From: Candidatus Bathyarchaeia archaeon
Lineage (GTDB): Archaea; Thermoproteota; Bathyarchaeia; Bathyarchaeales; Bathycorpusculaceae
NCBI GenBank assembly: GCA_041479575.1
Contig: JBGOYH010000001.1
Coordinates: 16-32,015, forward strand
Length of the DNA stretch: 32,000 bases
Reading direction: 5' to 3'
Numbering within the stretch: position 1 is the first letter of the stretch; each line of letters begins with the position of its first letter. Of this stretch, positions 8,010 through 16,246 are shown piece by piece. The notes below the pieces were generated by a model. It saw only the letters and a list, made by a program, of their open reading frames with translations. It did not search any database and was not told the origin of the DNA. Position numbers and translations under genes: made by a program.

Positions 8010-9275
8010 ATGGCTGAGCATGATGTTGTCATAGTAGGGGCAGGAATTCTTGGCTTGTCGACGGCCTATCATATCAAGAAAACACACCCTGACACAGATA
8101 TCTTGGTCATAGACAAATTGAGCGGTCCGGGTCAAGCCAATACGGCCCGGAGCGCCGCTGCCTTCCGCTGCATATTTTCGTCACGAACAAACTATGCTCT
8201 GGCTGATTCTTCCATCGAATTCTACCGCCATTTGCAGGAAGACTTGAACGTGGATCTGAAACTGCAGTGGCTGGGCTACCTTTGGCTTTTGACCCAAGAA
8301 GACTACAAGGAAATATCCTCAATTTTCAAAGATTTGGCCCGCAAGAACAATCTTGAATACAATGAGTACGAGGGCGCCGAGCTGGCAGAGAAATTGCGTA
8401 TACAGACAGATTTGGCAAAAGAGGAAGAGGCACAATCGATGGGCATGGAGAATATTTCCGGAGGTATCTTGATCCCCAAAGCAGGTGTCATAAACGACGT
8501 CAGTTCACTCGTCAAGTTTTATGAGAATGAGTTCCTGAGACTCGGTGGTAAGATAAGGTATGAGGTAGAGGCCAAGAGTTTGGTTGCAGAATCGCGCCAA
8601 CCTATAAGCATCCCAGGCGAACCCTATTTTTGGCAGAACAGCCGAGTCTCAGGCGTGAGTACAAATGATGGTGTGATCAAGGCAAAAAAAACCATTTTGG
8701 CGGCTGGAGCCTGGGTCTCGCAGATTCTGGATGCGGTAGGGATTGAATGCCACATTAAGCCTAAGAAAAGACAATTCTTCGCTATACCAGCCAAAAACGC
8801 AGCGCTGCAAAAACTGCTGTTTACCAAGGGGTTCAATCCTGTTGACTGTTTGCCTTTCACCATTCTGCCAAAGCACAGAATATACATCCGACCATTTTCC
8901 AAAGAAGAAGTCTATTGGGTCGGTTACGCTGACGATTTCCCAAGAGCCTTCAAACTTGAGGAAGATCCTCAACCAGAGAAGAACTTCTATGAATACGGCA
9001 TTTATCAAGTGCTGACAAAGTATTTTCCGCAATTTAAGGATGTCCGTGCATCTCAAGCACCCAATCATCCGTGGACAATGCAAAGCCAGAACCATGTGCT
9101 ACATCACAAGCGAATTTACCCATGTGAACTCTGCTACTTTCCTTATAAGCTTAACCCACCACCTTTCTTAGACTCCTTTCTTTGGCTGCAAGAAGGCATA
9201 CCACTTACCCATACGAGGCTTTCCCTCATCATCGTTGCCCTCCGGCACCACGTTAAAAGGGCACACCGCATTTAG
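8010..9275 (+). CDS. FAD-dependent oxidoreductase (DAO / D-amino-acid dehydrogenase-like); 3' end probably disrupted by the IS element
   Basis: The N-terminus has the dinucleotide-binding motif DVVIVGAGILGLSTAY, followed by ILAAGAWVSQIL and ...LTKYFPQFKDVRA. From about residue 348 (nt 9051) the translation becomes H/P/C-rich and lacks the expected WxG...D..P..G...GxSGxG C-terminal motifs. Confidence 0.7.
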   Translation: MAEHDVVIVGAGILGLSTAYHIKKTHPDTDILVIDKLSGPGQANTARSAAAFRCIFSSRTNYALADSSIEFYRHLQEDLNVDLKLQWLGYLWLLTQEDYKEISSIFKDLARKNNLEYNEYEGAELAEKLRIQTDLAKEEEAQSMGMENISGGILIPKAGVINDVSSLVKFYENEFLRLGGKIRYEVEAKSLVAESRQPISIPGEPYFWQNSRVSGVSTNDGVIKAKKTILAAGAWVSQILDAVGIECHIKPKKRQFFAIPAKNAALQKLLFTKGFNPVDCLPFTILPKHRIYIRPFSKEEVYWVGYADDFPRAFKLEEDPQPEKNFYEYGIYQVLTKYFPQFKDVRASQAPNHPWTMQSQNHVLHHKRIYPCELCYFPYKLNPPPFLDSFLWLQEGIPLTHTRLSLIIVALRHHVKRAHRI

Positions 9276-10413
9276 GAAACACGAGGTCATAACCCTCATA
9301 AATTCGATTGCGGCTCAACCCCTTAACCCTGATACGGCCGCTTCTCCCTCAACACCCAATAGACAATCTTTAACAGCTTAGCAGAAGCAACTACCATCGC
9401 CTTCGCATGACCCTTCTTTCCAGATAAACGTCTGTAAAACAATGCCACGCTGCCATCAGGCTGATTCCTGATGTGAACCCACGTACACTGGTTAAGAACC
9501 CATCTCAAGTACGGACTACCAGCCTTCGTTATCCTGCCATGATAAGTAGATCCGCCGCTGCTATGCGTTGAAGATGCTAAACCTGCATACGACACCAAAT
9601 GCGCCGAATCAGGAAACCTATCAACGTCCCCAATCTCGCTCACAAGCAGCAGAGCCGAGTAAAACGAGATTCCAAGAATCGTCATCAAAAGCCTAGCATT
9701 TTCATCGTTTGAAGCTTCACTGCAAATTATCTTAGACGCTTCATGAATCTCCAGATTCAACCTCTCAATAATCCTCAGATAGCCTTCAACCCTAGCATCT
9801 TTGACGCTTCTCAGCTCCTCCAAGAAACCCTTAGTGAACGGCGAGTAGCCTATCTTTATGTTGTTCATTAGAAGGTAAGCGTGCACTCTATTCTTTATCG
9901 CACCTCTTATCCTGACCAGATTCGCTCTGTAACGTACGAGCTCTCTAAGGCTCATGACACGCCTTGAAGGAACATAACTCTCAGCTATATAACCGCCCAG
10001 TAGCAGGTTTGCCAGCATGAGCGCATCCACCTTGTCTGTCTTCAGTTTTGCAGAAGCAATCGCTTTCGTCTTGGCCGGATTAGAAAGCACAACCCTGTGC
10101 CGCTTAGATAATATTTCATAAAGCCAATACCAAGACGACGATGACTCTAACACCATGGCGGCGTTGCTTAGCCTGTTTGAGAATTCTTCGATCCGCCCTG
10201 GCTCATTCTCTATTCTCTCCTGTTCTGTTACTACTCCTTCTTCATCGACAATGGCCACTTCAGTATACTTTTTATGAACATCTAACCCGACGAACATACG
10301 CATGTTATCGTCTGGTCGACTAATATTCCTCTTGTTCACATCCGATTAGGAACAGGCATGCGCGCTATTGCGTATGTTATCAGCTAATTTATCAACCAAG
10401 CCGACTCTAGGCT
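9054..10413 (-). mobile_element. IS110-family insertion sequence (boundaries approximate)
   Basis: It contains the IS110 transposase gene flanked by non-coding sequence. The left limit is set where the FAD oxidoreductase loses family resemblance. The right limit is a tentative CT-core reconstruction described in the findings. I saw no terminal inverted repeats, which is usual for this family. Confidence 0.45.
9323..10303 (-). CDS. IS110 family transposase (DEDD recombinase)
   Basis: The N-terminal DEDD-type domain reads MRMFVGLDVHKKYTEVAIVDEEG...LESSSSWYW...LKTDKVDALMLANLL. The C-terminal Transposase_20-like region reads ILGISFYSALLLVSEIGDVDRFPDSAHLVSYAGLASSTHSSGGSTYHGRITKAGSPYLRWVL. The maximal ORF starts at a GTG at 10339; the ATG at 10303 is more plausible. 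Confidence 0.9.
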   Translation of the reverse strand: MRMFVGLDVHKKYTEVAIVDEEGVVTEQERIENEPGRIEEFSNRLSNAAMVLESSSSWYWLYEILSKRHRVVLSNPAKTKAIASAKLKTDKVDALMLANLLLGGYIAESYVPSRRVMSLRELVRYRANLVRIRGAIKNRVHAYLLMNNIKIGYSPFTKGFLEELRSVKDARVEGYLRIIERLNLEIHEASKIICSEASNDENARLLMTILGISFYSALLLVSEIGDVDRFPDSAHLVSYAGLASSTHSSGGSTYHGRITKAGSPYLRWVLNQCTWVHIRNQPDGSVALFYRRLSGKKGHAKAMVVASAKLLKIVYWVLREKRPYQG

Positions 10414-10879
10414 CAGCAAATCTACAGGAAGAGAGTAACATTTCGAAAGTCTGGTTTTGGCTTGTTGGAGGCTCTCATGTTTTGCCAAGCGCACGCTAGT
10501 TGGATTACATGCTGACTTCACTTTGAACCCTTACCTTTCAGATTGCCAGAAAGATAGGATTAAATCAATCCTGCATAAACAAGGTCTGTTGAGTTTCACA
10601 AATCTTTTCGAACCAACAAACTTAGAAAAATCGAACCTAAAATCACTCGAACACTTAGCCCGATGTAACATGCCGGACTTGTAGAGTCTAAGCATAGTGT
10701 GCTAGTTTAAGAGACTTATCTTTAGAGCTAGGGCATAACAAGATTTCAGAACGATTGTATCCCATTATACTTTTGCGGGATTTGGACATTCAGACGGCCT
10801 TGGGTTTTGAGAAGACCGTACGTTTGTAAGCAATTTGTGGCTTTCTCTTGTATTTCTTCCTTCCATATTTTGAGCGGCT

Positions 10880-11470
10880 TCAGTTTGCTTCAGCATCTTT
10901 CCTCAATTCGGCAGTTGCCTCTGCTACTCGAACCATTGATTTTCCAAGCTCTCTAGCTTCGCCAATTCCGTATTTATCTTTGGCTACATCTCCCTTTGCA
11001 GAGGCTAACACTGTCACAAAAGGACCTACAATAATCATTCTTGCATTCGCCAAAAACAGCAAGATTTCAGATGATGCCTGAGTCAAGCCTTGTCTTCCAG
11101 CCACAGCCATTGCGCCACCTATCTTGTTTCTCAGAGCTTTTCTTTTCCTAGCAATGTTCAAGTATCCAACTCTGTCGATAAACATCTTTGTTTGCGCGCT
11201 TACATTAAAGAAGTAAACTGGGGTCCCAACGATTACGCCATCCGCTTCCATCATTTTTTCAAGTATTTCCTCTGCATCGTCTTCTATATTGCATTTTTTC
11301 GTTTCAAAACAAGTTTGGCAACCGTTACATGGCTTCAGAGTAAAATCAACCAAACGTATCAGCTCTATTTCGGCTCCTTCTTGCTCACCAGCCTTCAGAA
11401 TTTCCCTCATTATGATCTCTGTGTTGCCACCTTTCCTAGGGCTTCCAACAATGCCCAACAATCTAGTCAT
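10880..11470 (-). CDS. Iron-sulfur flavoprotein (Isf-like, NADPH-dependent FMN reductase fold)
   Basis: The protein begins MTRLLGIVGSPRKGGNTEI and contains the compact cysteine motif C-NG-C-QT-C-FETKK-C (CX2CX2CX5C), characteristic of archaeal Isf proteins. The ATG at 11470 has a TATA-like box 39-46 nt upstream. Confidence 0.8.
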   Translation of the reverse strand: MTRLLGIVGSPRKGGNTEIIMREILKAGEQEGAEIELIRLVDFTLKPCNGCQTCFETKKCNIEDDAEEILEKMMEADGVIVGTPVYFFNVSAQTKMFIDRVGYLNIARKRKALRNKIGGAMAVAGRQGLTQASSEILLFLANARMIIVGPFVTVLASAKGDVAKDKYGIGEARELGKSMVRVAEATAELRKDAEAN

Positions 11471-11508
11471 TTTATCACCGAACTTGAGCACAGTCTAAAG
11501 AAATATCC

Positions 11509-11516
11509 TATAAAAA
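11509..11516 (-). promoter_or_regulatory. TATA-like box upstream of the iron-sulfur flavoprotein gene
   Basis: The minus strand reads TTTTTATA, 39-46 nt upstream of the ATG at 11470. Confidence 0.4.
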
Positions 11517-11758
11517 GGTTTGGCATGTGTATGCTCCAAGTGAAGAATCGAGTTTGCCAACTGAATCAACGCGGGTTCATCGCGAATTACAGGAAAATTT
11601 AGAAAAGGTACGTTGGTAGACGAGTTAAGTGGTTGAAGACAAGGAGTCCTTGGCTAGAGAATAATCGCAAATTGATTTTTAAACACAATCCAATAGCGCC
11701 GATTTCTTTATGAAGAGAAATGAACCGCAACCAGGATGGCAGTGGCACCTTTGCAGGC

Positions 11759-11765
11759 AAAAAAA
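11759..11765 (-). terminator. Oligo-T tract downstream of the gcvPA-gcvPB-COG3199 unit
   Basis: A T7 run on the minus strand lies 64-70 nt downstream of the stop at 11829. Archaeal termination commonly uses oligo-T tracts. Confidence 0.3.
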
Positions 11766-11828
11766 GCTTGTCGTAGAGCTGACCTTAGGATTAATAGAAA
11801 GTGCCTTTGGTCTATTCAGATAAAACAG

Positions 11829-12968
11829 CTATGCTGCAACCTTGATTATTGCTTCTTCATTGTAGCCAGTAATTATCCTCATATACCCTTGCAAAAGCCT
11901 GTCAATTTTTCTGTCACCTGTATCTACCAGCAGTGGTTGACCTATCCCTATGGAGAGAAGCTTGTTTTTTGTCGCTATGATTATTATGTTATCTCTCCCG
12001 ATTTTCCTAATCACTCTGGGGCTTATTTGTTGGTTTCCTCTGCCAAATATGAAGCCTTGGCCTCCAATCGGTGAAACAATTATCTTTACCTTGGTTTTTC
12101 TTTCAATCAACCGCAACAATCTTTCCTCGTTCAAGTCCATGGCTACTATCTTTCCATTCCTTACAACGTCCACTCCCAACAGCGCCTTCTTTATCCCAAG
12201 TTTGTCCGCTACGGCTGTTACGGTTGTCCCGGAACCCAATATGTAGTAAAAATCTCTATCCATCTTCTCCGCGATATATTCCGCTATTGCTTCTTGCTCC
12301 TTTTTTTCATCCAGTATGTCGAGGCTGCCGCTTTTCACTTCTTGGACTAATCTTCTTTCATAGGGGACTTTGAGGTACCCACAAAGTCTGGCGCGTAGAC
12401 TGCCTTTTCTGAAGGCATCTTCGTCAATGTCCATGACTTCTGCTTCACGAAGCGAAGCATCTCCTTCTAGAAACTTCACACACAATTCGCCGGCCTTGCT
12501 AGGATTTATTGCAAATATACCAGAATGCATCTTGACGCCAGCAGGTATGCCTAGAACAGGAACTTCTTGACCGACGGCTTCGTAGATATCTCTGGCCGTT
12601 CCATCGCCCCCTGCGAAAAGTGTGAGATCAACTTGCAATTTCCGCATTTCTTTGGCTGCATTCTTGGTGTCAGCGGCAGTGGTCTTTCCGCTTATGATTG
12701 AGCCTATGACTTTAGGACTTAGACCACACTTTCCAGCTTCCTCTTCGCCCATCTCAAAAGGGCACGTTACCAGCTCAATCTCGTCCCGTATGCGGGCAAC
12801 CCTTTCAAGCGCCTCAACCGCTCTCATCGGTGCGACTGGCGTCGCCCCCATCCCTATCGCTTTTTTGACAATTCTTTCACTGTCAGTCCCCTTAAGACCT
12901 ACCCTGCCTCCCATTCCAGCAATAGGATTTACGATGAGGCCCAATTTTTTCTTTGCCAACAACGTCAC
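11829..12968 (-). CDS. ATP-NAD kinase family protein (COG3199 / AcoX-like)
   Basis: The 379 aa protein has KKLGLIVNPIAGMGGRVGLKGTD and the FAGGDGTARD (GGDGT) motif. Its GTG start overlaps the gcvPB stop as GTGA. Confidence 0.8.
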   Translation of the reverse strand: MTLLAKKKLGLIVNPIAGMGGRVGLKGTDSERIVKKAIGMGATPVAPMRAVEALERVARIRDEIELVTCPFEMGEEEAGKCGLSPKVIGSIISGKTTAADTKNAAKEMRKLQVDLTLFAGGDGTARDIYEAVGQEVPVLGIPAGVKMHSGIFAINPSKAGELCVKFLEGDASLREAEVMDIDEDAFRKGSLRARLCGYLKVPYERRLVQEVKSGSLDILDEKKEQEAIAEYIAEKMDRDFYYILGSGTTVTAVADKLGIKKALLGVDVVRNGKIVAMDLNEERLLRLIERKTKVKIIVSPIGGQGFIFGRGNQQISPRVIRKIGRDNIIIIATKNKLLSIGIGQPLLVDTGDRKIDRLLQGYMRIITGYNEEAIIKVAA

Positions 12969-14500
12969 TTATGTTTCTTTAAGTGCGCTCTCCAAGTCAT
13001 AGCCCATTTCTTAGGGTTAGTAGAAGGAGTTGGATCAATCTTCGCTATTGCAGCGTTGTGAGGTGCCTTTCTGACTACTTCGGGATTCTCATACGCCTCC
13101 CGTGATATTTGATGGAAGATTTGAACGAATCTGTCAAGGTCCTCTTTCGAAACTGATTCAGGCGGCTCAGGAGTAAAAGGCTCGGGAACTATCCAAGGCT
13201 CATGACTCGTGAAGCATCTTTGTACACCGAAATCCACTATCCTATGATTCACGTCGTCGATTCCTATACCAGTGTCGTTTTTCATCTTTTCCAAGCTGAA
13301 TCGGGCCTCCTGCATCCTGAATGGGTGATGCCCACCCCAGGGTAGAGTTACTCCGCGAACCTCCAAAAGTTTCTTTACAAGATAGTTGTTGTTCATCACA
13401 GCTACTTCAGATGTTTCCTTCAAGCCCTCGGCGCCCAAACTCATTATCCAAGCATAGGCTTTCACGATGTTTGGAACAACTCCGTAGAATTCTGCTACTT
13501 TTCCGATACTGTGCGGTCTCTTATAGTCCAAGTAATACTTGTGTCCGTCAAATTCCAATGCTGGAATTGGAAGGAATTTGGCAAGTTCCTTCTTAACTCC
13601 AACGGGAGCACTGCCTGGTCCACATGATCCATGAGGAGTCGAAAAGGACTTGTGAAGGTTAAAGTGGCATAGGTCAGCTCCTACATCCGCAATTCTTAAT
13701 CTACCTAATATGGAGTTGGCGTTGGCCTGATCGATTGCCACAAGTCCGCCTGCTTCATGTACAATCTGTATGTACTCTTCGATGTTGCTATCAAAGACCC
13801 CTGTGTCGTAGGGGTCGGTGATCATCATTCCGGCGGTATGCTTCGAAACGGCGGCCTTCAGAGCCTCTACGTCTGGAACCCCAGTTTCATCCGGGTAAAG
13901 AGTTATGATTTTGAAGCCGGCCACTGCGGGAGAAGCAGCATTGCAAGGGTGTGACAGAACGGTTGTGATTATTTCGTTTCTTTGTTCAAGTTCCTGATTA
14001 AATTTGTGATATGCTTTAATCATGCATGCATTCGTAAATACAGCGTGAGCTCCTCCCCGAGGCTGAAAAGAAAAATCATCCATCCCAGAAATCTCACACA
14101 GCCACTTCTTGAGTCTATACATTATTTCAAGGATACCTTGGACACTTTCCTCATCTTGCAGTGGGTGAATGTCGGATACTTTGGGCGATTTGGCTAATAC
14201 TTCATTCACTTTAGGGCTGTATTTCATTGTGCATGTGCCAACACCCACATTACTTCCAGAATCAACACCAAAAGTCTCCTGGGACAAATGAATATAATGT
14301 CTCACAACCTCTGCTTCTGAGACTTCTGGAATTTTCGGAGTGTCCTTTCTCCGCATTTTCTTCGGAATATACGAAGCAGTATATCCCACCGTGGATCTAA
14401 TTCCATCCTCAATTCTCGGAACAATAAAGCCTCTTCTTCCCTTTCTTCCCAATTCATATATGATAGGCTCGTGCCAAGCCACTGCGTGATAACCTGTCAC
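12965..14500 (-). CDS. gcvPB: Glycine dehydrogenase (decarboxylating) subunit 2 (P-protein beta)
   Basis: The 511 aa protein carries the PLP-lysine region CHFNLHKSFSTPHGSCGPGSAPVGV, typical of GcvPB. It lies directly downstream of gcvPA. Confidence 0.9.
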   Translation of the reverse strand: MTGYHAVAWHEPIIYELGRKGRRGFIVPRIEDGIRSTVGYTASYIPKKMRRKDTPKIPEVSEAEVVRHYIHLSQETFGVDSGSNVGVGTCTMKYSPKVNEVLAKSPKVSDIHPLQDEESVQGILEIMYRLKKWLCEISGMDDFSFQPRGGAHAVFTNACMIKAYHKFNQELEQRNEIITTVLSHPCNAASPAVAGFKIITLYPDETGVPDVEALKAAVSKHTAGMMITDPYDTGVFDSNIEEYIQIVHEAGGLVAIDQANANSILGRLRIADVGADLCHFNLHKSFSTPHGSCGPGSAPVGVKKELAKFLPIPALEFDGHKYYLDYKRPHSIGKVAEFYGVVPNIVKAYAWIMSLGAEGLKETSEVAVMNNNYLVKKLLEVRGVTLPWGGHHPFRMQEARFSLEKMKNDTGIGIDDVNHRIVDFGVQRCFTSHEPWIVPEPFTPEPPESVSKEDLDRFVQIFHQISREAYENPEVVRKAPHNAAIAKIDPTPSTNPKKWAMTWRAHLKKHK

Positions 14501-14520
14501 ATATTCATCCGGTTTATCTA

Positions 14521-15909
14521 TTACTTAACAACCTCCTCCAGCGCGACAGCAAGCTTGTCGATTTCCTCTTGGGTATGCACCTCGGTGACGCAGTACAATG
14601 CAGTTTTGCCTAGCTCAGGAAACTCTTTTGTGATATCTTTTCCTCCTTGGATTCCATACTTCAGTAAAGATTTGTTCACACCCCGAACAGCTTTTTTGGT
14701 TCCTTCGAAACGTACAGTGAATTCTTCGAAGTGAGGAGATTCGAACACGGGGGCCACAATACCACCAATTTCAGACAACCGCTTCATTGCATATTGCGAC
14801 TTCTGTATGATAATCTCTGCAAGTTCCCGCATACCTTGAGGACCCAGTAGTGACATGTAAACTGCGGCGGTTATGGCCCATAGAACCGTGGCAGTTCCCG
14901 TGAAAGTTCCAGCTTTCTCTCTAATCGCAAACATGGTTCTTTCAGGTAAAACATAGGTAAATCCCCACTCGCCCTTGCGCTCAGTCGTAGTAATTGTTAC
15001 TAACCTGTGACCTGCTGCTGATACAAACTTTTCGTCGTCAGGAAATGCGAGGAAACCTAAGCTGCCCCCTCCAAAGGACATGTGCACTCCTAGAGGCTGG
15101 CCTGTGCCACAAACTATGTCTGCACCGTATTCGCCTGGCGGAGCTAACACTCCCAAAGAAAGCGGTTCGACTCCTACTATAAACAGTGCTCCATGATCAT
15201 GGGCTATCTTGCTGATTTCTTCGACCTCGGTCTCAATAAATCCGAGGTATGCTGGGTTCTCGATGTAGACGGCAGCTGTCTTTGATGAAATGTTTTTCCT
15301 TAAGCCTTCTAGGTCAAATTGTCCGTTCTTAGAATTATAGCCTATTGAATTAATATCTGCCAGCGATTCACAGTAGGCTTTCATAACGGATGATCTGTCA
15401 GGGTTCATTATCTTTGGGATCAGAATTTCGTGCCTACCAGTAATCATCACTGCCATGCGGGCAGCGTCGCCTAAGGCTGTAGCCCAGTCATATACAGGAA
15501 AAGATACAACATCCATTGCAACGAGATCGCCTATCATGCTTTGGAACTCGAAGAGCGCTTGATATCTTCCCAAATCTGAATACTCGTTGCCCGTGTATGC
15601 CGTTAGAAATTCTGACCGTGAATTAATCTCGTCACAGACTGCTGGAACATAGTGTGGCCAGCAGCCCGCTCCCAAGAATGTTAGTATATCGTTGCATGTC
15701 TTGTTCTTGGACAAAATAGCTTCAATGTGCCGCCTCACCTCGTATTCCGACGTCGAACTTGGTAATTCCAATTTTTTCTTCAATCTAATCTTTTCTGGGA
15801 TTGCGGCAAAAAGTTCATTCACATCCCCTACACCTATCTCGTCAAGCATTTCCTTTTTTATTTCCGGAACGCTGTTCGGTATATATGGATGAGTTGGCAT
15901 AAATCCCAC
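14521..15909 (-). CDS. gcvPA: Glycine dehydrogenase (decarboxylating) subunit 1 (P-protein alpha)
   Basis: The 462 aa protein begins MGFMPTHPYIPNSVPEIKKEMLDEIGV... and has ...FLGAGCWPHYVPA...TAYTGNEYSDLGRYQALFEFQSMI, the typical GcvPA pattern. Confidence 0.9.
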   Translation of the reverse strand: MGFMPTHPYIPNSVPEIKKEMLDEIGVGDVNELFAAIPEKIRLKKKLELPSSTSEYEVRRHIEAILSKNKTCNDILTFLGAGCWPHYVPAVCDEINSRSEFLTAYTGNEYSDLGRYQALFEFQSMIGDLVAMDVVSFPVYDWATALGDAARMAVMITGRHEILIPKIMNPDRSSVMKAYCESLADINSIGYNSKNGQFDLEGLRKNISSKTAAVYIENPAYLGFIETEVEEISKIAHDHGALFIVGVEPLSLGVLAPPGEYGADIVCGTGQPLGVHMSFGGGSLGFLAFPDDEKFVSAAGHRLVTITTTERKGEWGFTYVLPERTMFAIREKAGTFTGTATVLWAITAAVYMSLLGPQGMRELAEIIIQKSQYAMKRLSEIGGIVAPVFESPHFEEFTVRFEGTKKAVRGVNKSLLKYGIQGGKDITKEFPELGKTALYCVTEVHTQEEIDKLAVALEEVVK

Positions 15910-15968
15910 ATCTTAGGCAAATTCTATCCTGAATGTTGAACTTGCTGGTTTGGTCTATAACAGTCCTG

Positions 15969-16001
15969 TTTAAAAATCTATTGGCTTCGGCTACAAGCCA
16001 A
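15969..16001 (-). promoter_or_regulatory. TATA-like box (ATTTTTAAA) with an adjacent 7-bp inverted repeat, upstream of gcvPA
   Basis: The minus-strand ATTTTTAAA at 15969-15977 lies 60-68 nt upstream of the ATG at 15909. The inverted repeat TTGGCTT-N7-AAGCCAA at 15981-16001 sits immediately upstream of it. Confidence 0.3.
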
Positions 16002-16246
16002 GAGTCAAAATTGGTGAGTCGTGAATCCTACATGTTACCGATGAGAAACGGTCGTTGAAGTTGACGCTCATGCTCCGAGTTGCCCGAATACGATTGCATT
16101 AGCTATTATTTTGAAAGGCAAATACATGAAATCATTCTATTTGACTGGAAGTGAGAAGGTTAAGCAAAAACTACAGATTTCCGGTATGGCTATGCCTCAA
16201 ATCTAGAAGCCATTGAAGAGCGTAATTAATACACCCGCATGTGGAT

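Noticed and set aside
7869-8135. An N-terminal 89-codon extension of the EamA transporter ORF.
   Set aside because: The extension is non-membrane and Cys/Arg-rich, and it overlaps the divergent FAD oxidoreductase start and both promoter boxes. The ATG at 7868 gives a normal EamA N-terminus.
9057-9170. An alternative +1 frame after the DAO break reading KHPIIRGQCKARTMCYITSEFTHVNSATFLISL. It superficially resembles the DAO D..PIIG ... Y.A.GFSGHG spacing.
   Set aside because: The glycines of the motif are missing. The WxG segment is absent, with only about 5 codons where about 16 are expected. The resemblance rests on a few residues, so it is probably chance. The same alignment proposed for the IS finding would test it.
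10457-10684. A 75 aa ORF (MACWRLSCFAKRTLVGLHADFTLNPY...) as an independent gene.
   Set aside because: I saw no SD or TATA in a suitable position, and the composition is atypical. It lies in the IS flank or oxidoreductase-remnant zone and is more likely non-coding or a frameshifted remnant.
11710-11823. A 37-codon ORF (MKRNEPQPGWQWHLCRQKKLVVELTLGLIESAFGLFR) with TTTTTAAA 27-34 nt upstream, which has the geometry of a leaderless gene.
   Set aside because: It is too short and has no recognisable motif or supporting conservation that I can assess. It overlaps the likely terminator region of the convergent operon. It is only worth revisiting if transcript or ribosome-profiling data exist.
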